This document shows positions 24,587-40,200 of a DNA stretch of 64,000 nucleotides, in pieces. A program made the translations under genes and the position numbers. Location: positions 174,493 to 238,492 of the forward strand of contig NMRA01000502.1 of assembly GCA_002633005.1 (NCBI GenBank), given 5' to 3'. Source of the stretch: Phoronis australis. Lineage: Eukaryota > Animalia > Phoronida. How positions within the stretch are numbered: position 1 is the stretch's first letter; each line of letters begins with the position of its first letter. The notes under the pieces were generated by a model. That model searched no databases. It was not told the DNA's origin and saw only the letters and a program-made list of their open reading frames with translations.

Positions 24587-27500
24587 TCACCAAAGAAGAT
24601 CACGAGATACTACATGGAAAGAAAAAAAAGAGTGAGATATTGTACTTCTTGTAACAAGACGAAAAATGCCATAACATGTAATTATTTGGTGAAATGTGTG
24701 ATGCCTAGTATAGTGAATGAATTGAATTGAGCGAGTACATCCATGTTACACGGAGCGGGCGCCTGAATTGAGTGAAGGAAAATGTGCCTCCGCCCAGTCG
24801 CCACCAATTTTTCGCCCTACACCCGGTCACCACCAATTCCCCACCGGTCGGTAAATGCCTTTTTCCCCGGCGGTCACCTGTACTCCACCTATTCCCCGAT
24901 CCCAGACGATTCCTCCCTTCGCCATCTTATAAATATTTTCCCTACCGTTTCATCGGAAGATACAGGGCTTGGAATGACCAATGACAAAAAACGCGGATAC
25001 TTTTACGGCCCAAATCATGCCCGATAACCAGCCTTTGAAATGGTCAATGTGAACCTTTCTTAGATACTTTGCCTGATTTTGTTTTTCGTCCATTGCTGGG
25101 AGGTTATTACCTCCCCTACTCTCCACCCAAGACTCCTATGCAGGCCTTATTATTGCCGATTGGGAACAACTAGCATAAATATAAAAAACCCAGCAACTCC
25201 ACAATAACCTTGGCTCCTACCTTGGAGAAATGTGCAACGTTCACGTGTGCTCAGCAGATAAGTTAATCGAAGTTGCACCAAGAAAGTGTTTGAATCTTTT
25301 AAAGCGTCAATTAATAGTGGTGGTCCGGAATCGCAGATTTTTCGGAAAGGCTTAACCGGAAAATCTTTCCGAAACGAACCTTAACTCTGAATCGCGGATG
25401 AGTGACGTCACCAAATACCGGCAAAACGTTCTGTGCTGAATCTAGTCTCCCGCAAAAACGGCTGTCCGTGACGTCAGAGTGTTAGGCCCGGGAATCAGTC
25501 TCCCGTTCAGTAACGCCAGGACCTCGCTAAAAAGCAAAACTTCGCGAGATTACGCGAGACATTACCGTGAATTTAAAATGAGAGCACGACACTTTGGCTA
25601 GATTTTCTCTAGGTCCTATCGTAGGTCTTTAAGCGATACTGAACGCACGCCTAGTTATGCTGAATCAAAACCTACCTGCTGTTTGTTTTTTCTCAAGCGA
25701 GCAACAGATGACTCTGCCTAGGCTAACAGACAAGTTAACTAAATCGATAATAAAACGATGTAACCTACTTTATCAGGTATTAAAACAGTTTATATTTAAT
25801 CCTATTCTGCATCCTGACACTGACCAGTTATCCAGCCGTTACTAAAAGGCAACACTAACCAGAACGCGCGTTACATTTTATTACCTTAAAACAAACCAGT
25901 AACAGAGGCCTCACTAAGAGGGGCAATAAAATCCAAAGACATGTGCACATTACTGTAAACATACCATCAACAACTAATAATAACATAAGTGGATCACAGA
26001 AAAATTGCCTAAACTGCGTTAACAACAGCTAAGGTAACAGTAACGTTCTATGTGGTATGGATCGCCTGATGCCCCTACAAATCGCACTGTCAAAACAGCA
26101 CCAGTCTAGGTCAAACACAATGCCAAGCACAAGTTCAATGGAAACAATCAAGGGGATGAAATATGATTACACATACAAATCACATCTACGATCTTCCATA
26201 CGGGTTACAGTGGTGAAAGTCGAGCTAATGCAACTGCTCAGAGTAAATCTCTAAGTATGAATACGACAATTCTCCACTGATTTCCCACCAAAATAATTGC
26301 CAAAATGGCAGTTTTACATTTTTAAAAAAACTGGTTACCTTTTGTAAATAATGGGGATTTTAGCAAATGTTTTTTGACATTTTGGACTGGGGCCGGGGAG
26401 TAACTAGATTACATAGTGGCTTATAAGTTTGCTGAGAGCATAACGTAGAATTGTCGTGAGGACTTGACAGGGACCTCAGGGGTCTCACACTCCACTGATT
26501 TATCCACATTATTTTGAAAGCGCTTTGTCCAGTCACACATCGCGTGTCATAAAAGAGATTAACATACCTGCAGCTGACGTAGCAAACAGAACTACTCTCG
26601 TTTATCACATTGGTGTAGACTCACAGTTGAACTGTGGTTTTCTGTTGACCCAAGACCGTCCGGAGTTGTACCACATACCAACTCCGGACGGTCTTTCACG
26701 ACGATTTAGCGTTATGTAGTAAATCATGGTTGTCCTTCACAAACAATAGGCCTCTTGAAATTGACACGAAATTACAATAAAAGCCGTTCTTTGGGAGCCC
26801 TGCTCATACAACTGCCCCAGTTGGCCTGTGTAAGTAAGCACAGCTTACCAACTGGTTTGTGGTCATGGCTGAGAGGATAATTGCTTTATTACCCCCTATG
26901 GGTTTGAATAGCCAAGCCTGGGAAGGTGAATACTACAACCCATGCATGTAATATACTAACATGTTTCTAATCCACACTTTGGTGGAGAACTGTAACAAAA
27001 TAATCAGTTATATTTTGAGTAAATAAGTGAAAAATTACAGTAGTAAGCCCAGTGTAGGTCACCATCTCTACATACCTATTAACAAAACTATCCATCCATA
27101 ATCCACGTTGTAATCTAGTCACAGACTTAGAAATTTAATCAATTAATACTACAGTCCAGTATTACTGATACATTAGATAAATGTAACCACATGAAAGACA
27201 ACAAAAAAGCAGAACATACATTTTAATTAAGGAAGTAGTGATAATCCCCCTGGACACCAAGTCCCTGAATGGAACAAAAACGGCCAGAACATTCTTCAAT
27301 CTTGTGCACCATGACCCACTCAGGAATAATTAGTTCCGAAAACACACTCTACTTCTTCAAAGTTAACCCATAACGACAGGGCGTGACTAACTTAAAATCT
27401 TACCAAATGACAATTTTAAACAACATGATTTCAAATGAATCAAAAAGAATCCAGCCATTACAATTCAACTTATCATGACACATTCTAACTTGCATAAAGA

Positions 27501-28299
27501 ATGTATCATAAAATCAATTTTCTAGACATGACATCAAACAATTGTTACAGTATTAATCAAACGTTTGGATATCTGTGTATGAAAAGTCACGACTATAAAC
27601 CGTTCAATACACAACACCTACCACAATGCCAATATGATATCAAAAAGCAAACATCAAATGATACAATATGTGGATAACAGATTCTTAACAATATACAATT
27701 TACTCAAATAAATAAAGCATATATTTTAATTAGTTATTTATACTATATTCATACAGACAAGTTTCAAATGTACAAAGAAGTATCCCTGACATCAACACTT
27801 TCAATGCACAGTAATATTCATTACACCATAGCAATTCCAAGACTTAAATTATACACTGATTGCAGTCATGTAAGTGTTGTCACATAATCATGAATGATCG
27901 TTTAAGTCCAAAAAAGAGCAAAGTTGGTTATGGTTTTTACCCCGGACTCATTTTGACACCTGTGCTCATCGACTAAAAAAACCTGCATCAATTTCGGCCA
28001 AGGTTTCCTGTTGCTTTTTTGAAAAGCTACACAAAGGTAAACGAGGTTTGAAATGCCATGATTTATCAAGCCATGAGTAAGAAAAAAATTAAAAAGTGAG
28101 CAACCAAAAAAAAACCACACCACTGAAAGATCAGACCAAATTTGCTTTTTTGCCTAATATGTCATGAATGCTCCACTCTCACTGAGACAGCAGCTTATCC
28201 ATACTTCCAGCAGCAACCACAGAGTGTACTAAATGTATCTAGGAAAGGGAGACAGCATCTCCTGACACACTTTCAAACTACAATAAATTTCAGCAAAGA

Positions 28300-31200
28300 C
28301 TAGCTGGAACTGGACAAATCTCTCAACTCCAGTAACATGGCTTGAGGGTCAGCGGCATCGTGAAATATATCCTGATCACCAGAGTCCAGGTGTTCAACCA
28401 CAAGCGATCCCTCCTCTGTATTTTCCAAAATACTTGGCATAGGGTCCCTAACCTCAGTAGTTTGTGGCCACATAACACGGGTGTGCACGTCTTCCAAGTT
28501 CTCGTACAACGGTGCGTTCCTGCGGATTCTGTGCAGCTCATGCATGTACAAGGCGCTGATGCTCATTTCATTAGACATGGCTTCCAATGACGCTAGGTCG
28601 TCACGTGCCCCAAGCGATGTGAAAGGTAGAACAGGCGAATCCCCACCGCTGTTACTAAGACCACTGCCGCTGTGAATACTGCTAAGAATACCAGTCCTGA
28701 AAGTGACAGATAAACACTGAGCACTGTTATGAGAAATGAAGATAGAGCACAGGTCACACATTTTAATATGGACCAGTTAGAAACGGGTCAGCCATCGGTC
28801 GGAAAAACAGCCGACTTTTCCAACTTTTAGCAGATTAACATTCATGATCTGTGCTGTATTGCTGGTTTGGTTATCTGAACTCATTTACACTGTCTGGTAA
28901 ACAACATGAACACGACGTCAAAAAGAAACAGAACATATATCAGTACCAGCCACATTTAATTTCAAGTTAAGTAGTAGGCCAAATAGGAATCAAGAGTAAA
29001 TTTGGAATCAACAACATATTTGCATAAATTTACAAGAGCATGAAGAATGAAAAGAAGGAATTGACTTTCAAATCACAATGACCAAAATTAACTAAGACAA
29101 GAAACCAGTCGAGCAGTAGATTATTTCTACGTTGAACTATCTTTTGTGTGCAATGAGCAAAGTTAGGGTACCTGGTTCCCCCTAGGGGTCCTTCCGCAGC
29201 TGATATAGCTCCGCGCATCACTGACTGTGTCTTAGCCATACTGCTAAGCACTTGTGACCCACTACCAGGGGATGCAACTCCACCAGAAAGTCCCGTCATT
29301 GACGGCATCATGCTGGGCATGGCGACACTGGACAGATAGCTGTTATACTGTTGATGCAAAAGTTGTATTACATTGATATCAGCATCACCAATATCAAATA
29401 CACAATATCAGCATCACCAATATCAAGTGCACATTAATATCAGTATCACCAATATCAAATGCAAATAAATATCAGTATCACCACTATAAAATGCCCAATA
29501 TTATCAGCAACGCAAATTTCAATGCACATTAACATTCAGTACCACCAATGTCATATGCTCATTATTCATTATCACCGATATAAAATTACCAAAATTAAAG
29601 AAAACTGTAACCAAAACACAAACTTGATGGCTACATTTCTTGCAAGTAAGCAAGTTGTCTATCATGCATCCAACCATGATGCCAAAACAATGTCGGCATG
29701 CAATCATGACTTACCCCTCCGCCATTGGAAGACAGTGTGTGGAGTGAGGACCACAGAGGGTTCTCAAGAGGTACCATGCTGAGTGAGTTCGCATCCCTCT
29801 GAGCTGAAACACAAGTGGGGTTCAGAAAGAATCTGAAGCCAACACATTTTGGAACTGTAGGTGCAGGTTGCCATGATAGGGCATTTTCTGTTTGATCATA
29901 ATTTATTGTAACACACTTTTTCATATGAATTTGCATCAAACATTTCTATGATTTATATGAATGGTATATGCCATCATGAATAGTTGATACATAAGAAGCC
30001 ATTGTCGAGTTTTTCAAGTAAGGTTTATCATCAATCACATAAATTTGTTATTCCTTATGACCAGTCATAAGGGTAAATGATCATAAGAGGTTTTCTATGA
30101 ATGATGATCAGACTGATATCAGATTGTTGATCAAATATCAACAGCTTGATATGAGTCCGTTTCAACCAAAATTGGAATGTAGTGCGACACCACCATTTGA
30201 ATTTTTCTCTCCAGTATTTGTGACTTATGTTTGTTGTTTGGAGTGAACTGACACTGATTGTAACAAACTTCAGATTTAGTTCTCTACTCTACATGTATAC
30301 TGGAAACTTGTTAGCAGTGTATCAACAATCCAAAGGGCTCTAGCGTATTAGTGACTGGTATAGAATCATCGTCCAGAACATTCTAGAGGTCTAGCACATA
30401 TTTGTAGAATGCCACATACTGATATAATCAGGCAAAAGTAAGTGATTGTCTGTTAGTTACTGAGTCATTAGTGAGCCAGCTAAAGAGACAGCAAGCCATA
30501 CCATTGTATTTAGTTATTGAATCAGTCAATGAGTCAACAATTGCTGAAAGAGTTTATCACAAGTCGAGACTTCGAAGCACCAGCTGGAGCATTAGAGAAA
30601 TCCAGACATTTTGTTTGAGTAGACTAGTGTACATTCAGCTTGGATTAAGTGGTTGACTCGAACCTATTTTCAGTATGTCATCACACCAATAGCTATTACC
30701 AGGATTTTCCATAGATAAGCCCATGGGCGTGTATTCAGAAAATGAAAATTTTCAGGCATTTTAGTAACACCAAATAAACACATGGGCATTTATTCGAAAA
30801 AGGGGAGCGTGACAACAGAAAGTCGATAGTTTTGTCTACGCAAATGCCAGCATGAACTTGATACACGTAGGCCTCGATTAAGAGGTTACCTGACTTTGAC
30901 ATTTTTTACTTACAACTGTGTTTTTAAATTTTATGTTAACAAATGCACAGTCGCCCACACTTTGTTCATTTCTATAAATGATACACGCTCCACAAAACTA
31001 AATTATTTTGTGACTAAAAGTTGATGATGAGTGGGCTTTTAAGAGGAAGTTTTCAAAATAAACGCCCCACTATCTGGACCCTTGACACTAGAATAAATGC
31101 CCATGGGCGTTTCATCGGATGGGTTTATCTATTGAAAATTCCGGTAGCACCGGCCACTGACCAACTGCACCCACTCATCCATAAAGGAATCGATGACACA

Positions 31201-34200
31201 TACTATAGCCACCAATCACATCAACATGGACATATTTCAAAATCATACAAGTTAACTTCGCATAAAAATTTCGGGGCAAGATATTTCAAGTTGATTTTCT
31301 ACTTGTCACTGGTAGTCACCAGGTTACTTACCTTGCTGGCGGAGGTCGTTAATGAACATACTACAGTTGTTGGGTGGCTTCCATTCCGGGTTTGTTAACT
31401 TGAGAAAAAGAGAATGTCGACAAGATAAATTTGAAAAGTGCTGAACAAACTTAGGTTTGACAGGTAATACAAAAAGTAGTTGTTTTGCTGCGACTTTGTT
31501 GGATACAAATTACATATTAATTAGTGGGTATGATAATAACACACTGACCAGATGAAAATGTTGGGTCAAGCTAAAAGTAACTAAAATGACTTTGTTAAGA
31601 ATAGAACTAATGGTACATGAACATTCTGTAAACAAACATTGCTTAAAACACTGGCAATGAGGCTGAATATAATGGGTGGAACATGAAATGAATGTGTCTT
31701 AACCATATGCCATGTAGACAGTCACTGCAACGGCAGACAATCACATTGAAAGCTGAAGATGCAGAGACAGTTATTGAGCACTTTAACCTCAAAACACTTC
31801 TCTATTAAAGAATAGCCAGTTAGGAAGACTGATGTTTGACTTACTGTAAAGTGAACAAGTGATAGTTCAGTCTTGCCATCTTCAGCTTGTGTGTAATTAT
31901 TGGCATCAGTCTGGCTTTCCTTGGCCCACTGTTGACAATACAATGAATTAGTAAATAGACTATTGCGTACACTGTAAGCTTTCAATACTTAGACAGGTGA
32001 ATTAAAGCAAACAATGAAACGAGGTCTGTAGTTTTTCTGTCATGATCATGTCGGAGTAAGAGATGAATGTCTGCATTTAAAAGTAATAATCCATATATCA
32101 ATTTAAAATAAACTTAATTGGATGTATAAATAATATAAAATCCATAAGCGATTTACAAACAATAGATCATCAAAAAAGATCCACATGGATAATCATCTAA
32201 TTGTCATAAATAAAACGATATCCGAGATGAAATGTTAAAAAATTGCTATGAACTCAGTTAGAACAAGTAGTATTAAATGCATGGGAGCCTGGTTTCAACG
32301 AGGGAGAGTATTATTGTTGTTATTCAGTGGCTTTAGGTTAAAAATCAACTTTTAGTACTTGACTGAAATGTCATGTATTTATCTATGGCGATGTTTAATT
32401 ACAATTTACTGAACAGTTTAAATCAGATTGCATTATTCATAAATCAAAAGCAGACTGAGGTAGACAAAAGCGAGGGGTCACTTTTCCTGTCTCTCCACAA
32501 CTTAAAAACACAGGACAAGCTCCTGGCTTGTGTTACCTGAGGGTTTCCATGCTTCCTGATGTCCATCTGTGCAAATGAGCAGACATCTCCAACACCTACC
32601 ACTTCAACACTGAAGTTACGATAAAAGTCAACAATCTCTAAAGACTTGTGACGGATGCAAAATATGAGTATGAGAGGTGTCAGAAGTGGACTAAACAACT
32701 CTTCCAGCAGATAGACCTGTATAAAATAGACCGAGTGAACAATTATAAGAAATACAGTATATTTCAAAAGTATTCAGACAAAATGACCAAGAATTCCTCG
32801 TAATGAAGGCTGGAGAGAAGCCAAATTCATCGTAAGAGTCATTTTCTCTTGTGACTCAAGAATGAAGGGGAATTAACAGGCACGTAAGGTGGCTCAGTCA
32901 TCCTGTAATTATAATTTTGTTCCCATGATATTTTTACTAGATAATTTTGATGTTAACTGAGTAAGCCGTCATGGCACGAAAACAGTATTCTGTCTATTTA
33001 ATTTTTGTCTTGAGTCACAAAATACGAGTCAAACAGGAATATTCTTGGTAATATTTTGACAATTTTCATCTCCAAGTGCAATCAATTTACACAGAAATGG
33101 AGGCAGTGGGTACAACATTATCAAATACCACACAGGTTTAATTTTCTACAGCTGCTTTTCTTGCGATATCCTTGTTTCTGAAAACAAGGCAGGCAGTGTT
33201 TAATGGATAGTAATAATTTAAATTGAATGCGAAAAAACATACTTTAACATCAGCGTCTGAACTTTAGTCCTGAACTGTGTTTTCTATAAAACTGTGTAGT
33301 TATGACCTGGGGCATTTTACAGTTATGCTAGTCGCTAAAGGTGATACTTACGGACAGGAATCTTGAATAGTTATGGGCATTTGTAACAAAGTTAAAAGCC
33401 TGATGAAAAATGCAAAACATTCAACTTTCAAAATTGTTAAATTTTTCATCCAAATTCAGTGGGATTTCACCACACAGCTACATGCAATCAGTAAGAGCAG
33501 CTTCTATACACTTCTCTCGACTGAAATGCAACTTACAAATTTATACTGAAACAGCTGAGCGAATTCGTCTCTAACTCTGTATACATGCTCATGGCCTTTC
33601 CAGTTGTCTGGCATATAGTGGATCTGGGCTAGGATGTTCTTCATACACCACTCTGGACACCAGACCAGGTGCTGAAAGACAGACAGATTATGCACACATT
33701 CAAGTGATGAAATTCCTCAAACTACATCTGATATACACAGCAGCAGTACCGAAATTAAGACATGGACACAAAATTAAATTTCCTTCTATTTAGAGGATAC
33801 AGAAATACTTAGACGGGACTCAATGGAAATATGGTAAGTGTTCCTTGTCTTCGATCATTGCTTTCTTGATTCAAAATTGAAATGTTAATTCTGTAATCAC
33901 TCACACTCATTACACTTGTTGGCTTCACATTTAGTTAAACTTTAATATCTCCATCAATAAAATTAATATAAATTGGTTCCACATAGTATCAAAGCCCACT
34001 TTTCTATTCTGAGACATTTTGCCATAAGTTTTTCCAATAAAGCCCAACATCTAAACATGCTATTACCTCATCAGGGATGAGATTTCGACAGACAGTCACA
34101 AAAAGCCCAAGCAAAGTGATGGTGGTCAGTATGTGTTCTACTTGTAAAACGTCCTCATCATAAATCGTCAGGATGACTAGAGCAGCCAGTACTGAACCCC

Positions 34201-37200
34201 CAAAGAAAGCGCCATTTCTGTAAAACATCAAGAATGAAATTTGGGAATCACAATAGATAAACCAATTGAAAGACATAAAAAGCTTGCCAGCCAGCTAGCT
34301 GTATTAAGACTATCATCAAAATACATCTAAGTACCGCAGTGTGTTGAGCTCCAATAGACCCAGAAATTTCACAAAGTGCGCGTAGTTCTGCTCGTCACCT
34401 CACCATGAAACCTATATCAACATCTAGAACTAACGACCAGCAGGGGTGCGTGCAAAATATGGAAATCAACCAACACTCACCGTGCCCGTTGCAGCTCAGC
34501 CGTTTAAGTGAAAAGCATTCTAATAAACATCATTTTCTTGCGTATCTGTCTTTTGTAACAAAGAAAAGTCTGTTGTCATTTTGAAAACAGTATGCTCACA
34601 CGAGGAGACCATTTCCTAAAATTTTGCAACATTGCTTGGGAGATGATGACAGCTCCGCAGCAGCAAAAATTCTTCTAAAATTCGGTTTGCTGGTATTAAT
34701 GAAATGAAACCAGTTCCAATAATTTGTTGTGACATGTACGCAACCTCATGGAAGAAGATCAGCTGATGGAAGAATCGGGGAATAAAGAAACTGGTCAATA
34801 GGTGACACAATATTCCATGGCAGCAAAAGCTGAAGCAAAAGATCGCTCCACAACTATAGCAGCAGAACGGTAATTTTTCCAACACCGGTAAATAATTTAG
34901 TTTACTAAAAGAGTGCAGTTTTCAATGACACCGATTTTGTGTCAGATCTTATTTGGTCAGTTTTTTACACATCGGCACAATGCTGTATATTTAATATACA
35001 GCTTTGCACCTAAGGCTAACAACAAGCAAGTACAAGCCTCAAGAATTCACACAAAATGACCTGGAATTGCCCAACATGACAGCTAGGCAGATTGACAGTT
35101 GAGTAGTCCTCTCACACGATTGAGAAGGAATGGTTTGTCCGATTACTTTCGTCTTGTACATTAACTGTAGTTGATCAAAAAAGATCCAGTGGTGGAAATG
35201 CAACAACTGATAAGTTACACCGTCTTAATTTCATTATTTATGGGAATCTATTGTTTTTGTTGAAAAATTGGCTAACCTAAAGGAAAATCCCAGACATTGT
35301 TTTCAGGCATATTTAATCATGTTTTAAACATACAAAAAGTTGATGAATGCAGATGAAAAGACATCTAAATTTTTATCAGAAAAATTGCAACGTCATGTGA
35401 CCACACTGTCATGTGACCACAAGAATGGCACAGTATTGTAAATGACATGAATAGATTTGACTCGACTACTAGCCCGAAATGTAATTCTAAATGGACTGAC
35501 AGTTGCTAGTTACTTGGATGTTTCTACAAGATGAAGGCATTTTACTTAAGAGTACATGACCTTAAGTAATCAAAAGATAGCTAATATCAGATTCTATTAA
35601 CAGGCTACACTAAGTTGAGTGTCCGACTTATATAAGTGCACTAAAACATGGGTGTTTTGTTACTTTATAAATAAACTGTTTGGTTGTTTAGTGTGAAGTG
35701 GTTGACAGCACGACGAAACAATTCAGAGGCAACTGTAAAATTCCACTCAATTTGAATCCACTTTTGTGTTTGGTTTTCTAATCCTCAGTTGCACAAGATC
35801 TAGTAATACTGGATCCTGGGGTGTGTTTCGTGAAAGTGACTTAAAAATAAGACAGAAACTTGGTCTTCACAATTACTGAAAAAAAATGTTCAGCCAAGTA
35901 ACTATGAGTGCATCACAATATAGAAATATCCATATAACTTGCAGTTATCTGCATATTCTCAGAGACTTTGCAATTTTACTCAAGTCACGTGAGACTTAAT
36001 CAATTTTCAGAAATAGAGGTGTGGAGCACAAGACCAAATTTCTAACTCAAGTAATTAAGTCAATTTTTGTAAAACAGACCTCTGAACTAGACATGATATT
36101 ACTGTCACTCTAAACAGTATGTACATTTAACAGTTACTTACTTAGCCAAGACAACCACAGCTGGTGAAGTGAAGATATCCATATACCTGGAACTTGATCT
36201 GTAGGCCCGATTTAACCTGTCAAAACAAATCACAACAATCCTAAATTACTGTCGACTATCACGGCAGGATTTAACAGTAGTGACATGACATTGACTAGCT
36301 GAATTCAGGTAGACTTAATCTACAGTAGGTTCAGTTTAGTTCCTCCGTGATTCACACGACTCACATTTTATCTTCAAGGAGTAAAATCTATCAGAGGGTT
36401 GGATCTGCCATTACACAATTACAGTTTGTTTCCATTTGTCACCATAAATTAGTTTAGATGAACTACATGACTTGCACATGTTGATAAGTATCAAACCAAC
36501 AAGACTTAGAGGACTAAAGACTGAAGGTGTCCACACACCACACCAGAGTTTGGTCTGGGTACAAATCTCGGTCTCATCGAAACGTTCAGCCTATTTTATC
36601 CATTTAAGACTTCACCTCAGATACCCACATCTGATGGTGGACAACACTAGTCCTACTCTTCACCTTGCTGATGCCCTACATTTACAGATCACTTGTTAAT
36701 GGGAAGCTACCACAGAGTGGACTTACCTAGCGTTGAACTCATGGTCTAGTTCATTAAAGTGTCTGAGATACTGGCGAGCATACAGAGACCACCTTCTCAC
36801 ACCCAGTACACCTGGCTCTCTACGTAAAATCTGTAACAGCCACATTATATTAAAATTCAAAACAAACCTGCCTTTGTCCCTCAAAGAAACTAGAAAACAA
36901 AGTATGCACACAATTAAAAAAAGACAATCGAAACTGATGTAATTTGATACGTTTTGTACATTAGATATTAACTTTACTACTTACAACGTTTGTATCATTA
37001 TGGTATGAATTGCGACACTGTTACAAAACCAGCTGACAATTAAAAAACGGCTATGCACACCATCATAAAGGTGTAGTGCTATTTTTAAAATTCAAAGAAT
37101 CATAGGTGGGTAATGTCCATGAAACTTAAATCAACTCTACACAAGTGATGACTTCTTTATTAAACTGATCATGTACCCACTGAAGCATAAGAGTCTGATC

Positions 37201-40200
37201 ATATACTCACTGAAGCATGACATGTTCATATACTCACTGAAGCATGACTGATCATATACTCACTGAAGCATGACTGATCATATACTCACTGAAGCATGAC
37301 TGATCATGTACTCACTGAAGCATGACTGATCACATACTCACTGAAGCATGACTGATCATGTACTCACTGAAGCATGACTAATCATGTACTCACTGAAGCA
37401 TGACTGATCACATACTCACTGAAGCATGACATGTTCATATACTCACTGAAGCATGACTGATCATATACTCACTGAAGCATGACTGATCATGCACTCACTG
37501 AAGCATGACTGATCATATACTCACTGAAGCACGACTGATCATATACTCACTGAAGCACGACTGATCATATACTCACTGAAGTATGACTGATCATATACTC
37601 ACTGAAGCATACATAAAAAAGCAGTAGAGTATTTGCCAGAGAAGAATCACAGGAGACAAGACTAGGTTGGCTAACCCCACCCACAATATGGTAGACGAAA
37701 GTCTGAAAAGAATTACATGAATTACATGAAGGAACTCTCTCACTCATCCAATAACTGCCCAGGGTGCTTAAATAGGGGAACTCAAAAATCAAACAAGGGT
37801 GAGCGAAAAAGAAATCTCTTAAAAGTCGGGGTCTAGGCATATCTTCTTGTGTGAATGCTCATGAAGCTACAATGACATCAGACTTCAGGTGCACAAGTTA
37901 CAGAAAACATTGTAGACATTGTAACAAAGGGTTTACATTTTAGAATGGACTGATTGCAAACATTCACTCAGTTGCTTGACTTGCATTTTTAAGCTGTGCA
38001 TCTTCCAATTTGAAGTAAACACTGCACATTTATAGACCTGATCATGTGTTGCTTACCCAGGTGCTTTCAATAACTTTTGCATAAAATAATGAACAATACT
38101 TTGTGCATGAGCCAAAACAATATCAGGTCTCGTACAGTTAAGAGCTCAAGTGAGCACGGGTATTTTCCCACTTGAATAAGGCAATGCTCAGCTGAAATTG
38201 TCCGATGAGTACTCAGAGGTAAGGGAGCAGCATATTTAATAAGAGCTAAAATTTTGATGAAATTAGGACTTTCACAAGGACACGGGACTCTCTTCAGTAA
38301 GTCTTGGTCATATCAGTACTGGGTGGAAGGTAAGACAAGCATGTGTATTTAACGAGAAAAATATGAACTGAACATGAGTGTTGACCTGGGTAGTATTGAG
38401 TAACACAGCACAAAATTACAATGGAAAAATCAGAATACAAAACTGACTCAGGCCAGTTTTACTTTCTGAATCAGCGACCAATATTATGTGAAATGGATGA
38501 CCACTAGGGTCAATTGGCTCAGTGTTCAATAACTTCAATTTCGTGAAGACGTCAAGTCCCACCTTCAGCTATAAATAATGCATTACGTACATCAAAACTG
38601 GGTAATCACATATGGGCAGATTGTGAGAATATGTCACAGATGTATCACTGACCATGAAGCGAAATCAAAAGAAGCCACCTCTTAGTGCAAAGCAAACCCA
38701 ATTAGCCTTTGTACATTACAATGACTCTAGGTTAGGCAATGTTGGATTACCCATTCGTAAACAAAATAATATGTGGACATTCGGAGAGAGAAATAGAGGT
38801 TTTAACTTATATTAACTTAAAACTTGTAGTTATTCCAATTCAAAAAGAAACTAACAAGTTTTAATCTTCAGTACTTGATATTAAATTCATAAGTGTTTTT
38901 AACACAGTGCGCTAATACACGATCAATTCTTTTCATTATGCTTGTGGAGAACACTTACTTTTCTGCCAAATGTGTCCTCTTCTGTGTGTTTTTGTAATCC
39001 GGATACAAGTGCCAGTAGTTTTCAAATGGTGACCATGGTCCCCCTAAATCAACAGAAGTCAAAATTAATAACATAATGTTGAAATATGAATAACAGACAA
39101 TTAGTGGTTATCCATATACTTGTGCAAAAAAGCTAGGCTGCAACATTTTCATTTTTTTCAATATTACTAGCATTAAAGTCTTTGGTTGGTTCAATTAAAA
39201 AGTACTGTTTAATTTTAGTTCTAACAGGAGAAAGGAAACAACAAGAAAATCGGCAACCAGATTCATGTTCCCATTATAAAGGTCGAAATGTTTCACTTAA
39301 GTTCAGTAAACCATCACCAATGATCAACCAGTGTATGATTAACATCAAACTCAACACCACAACACAAACAAATTCCAACTGGTAAAAAGCACAATCAACC
39401 AACTGAAGGCCGCAGGTGTCGCTGTGTTACAGTACCATTATTGCTTGGTGTGTACAGTGCCTATTGCTCATAAATCAGCAATGACCCCGTGATATGGAAG
39501 CTGAGTGAAAAATGGTCATTCGTTAGACAAGTGTATCGATACTGTGATGCTTTGACTTAGAGAGCGCATTGAACAGAATAGATACACATAAATGATGTCA
39601 GAAATGATCCTTGCAAATCTTGCAGATTTCATAACAGGCTACGTGAAGCATGAGATGAAACAACTTACAAAATAAAATCATTTCCAGGTTATACTTCAAG
39701 CCCGTACTTAAGTAAGCCCTGAAAGTAAAAACACAAATCTTTGTTATTCAAACTATAGAAAGATAGCATTCCAATACGTGTTGAAAATAAATTTCACAAA
39801 CACTGTGAACAAACATTAACTTCCTTAACATAACATCAGATAATGCACAGCAAATGAGCTATTCAGTACATAAGTACATACCATTCTCCAACAAAAGGTA
39901 CATGAAACTTGAGCGGCAGAAGCGATTTGTTGATCATGGCTATCAGGTAGTTCTTGAACCTTAGAATTCTCTGGTAAATATCTAGGTAAGATCATTTACA
40001 ACGATTAGTGATCAGCGTTAAGTCATGTGACGAAGTACCCGGAACTTGGGGAGAATACAAAATGAAGTTTCAGAGAATCCATGGCTAGTTTTTTAATACA
40101 GGTGACAGCACGATGTGCTGGCAAACTTGGATTGTTTGCAAGCTTTCAGCACTTTGGATGTTCAGCTTTGACTTCAGCAAGGTCAAGAGCCTCACATGTT

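Noticed and set aside
37165-37610. CRISPR-like array
   Set aside because: The units are contiguous with no unique spacers, there are no cas genes, and the context is a eukaryotic intron; it is a minisatellite.
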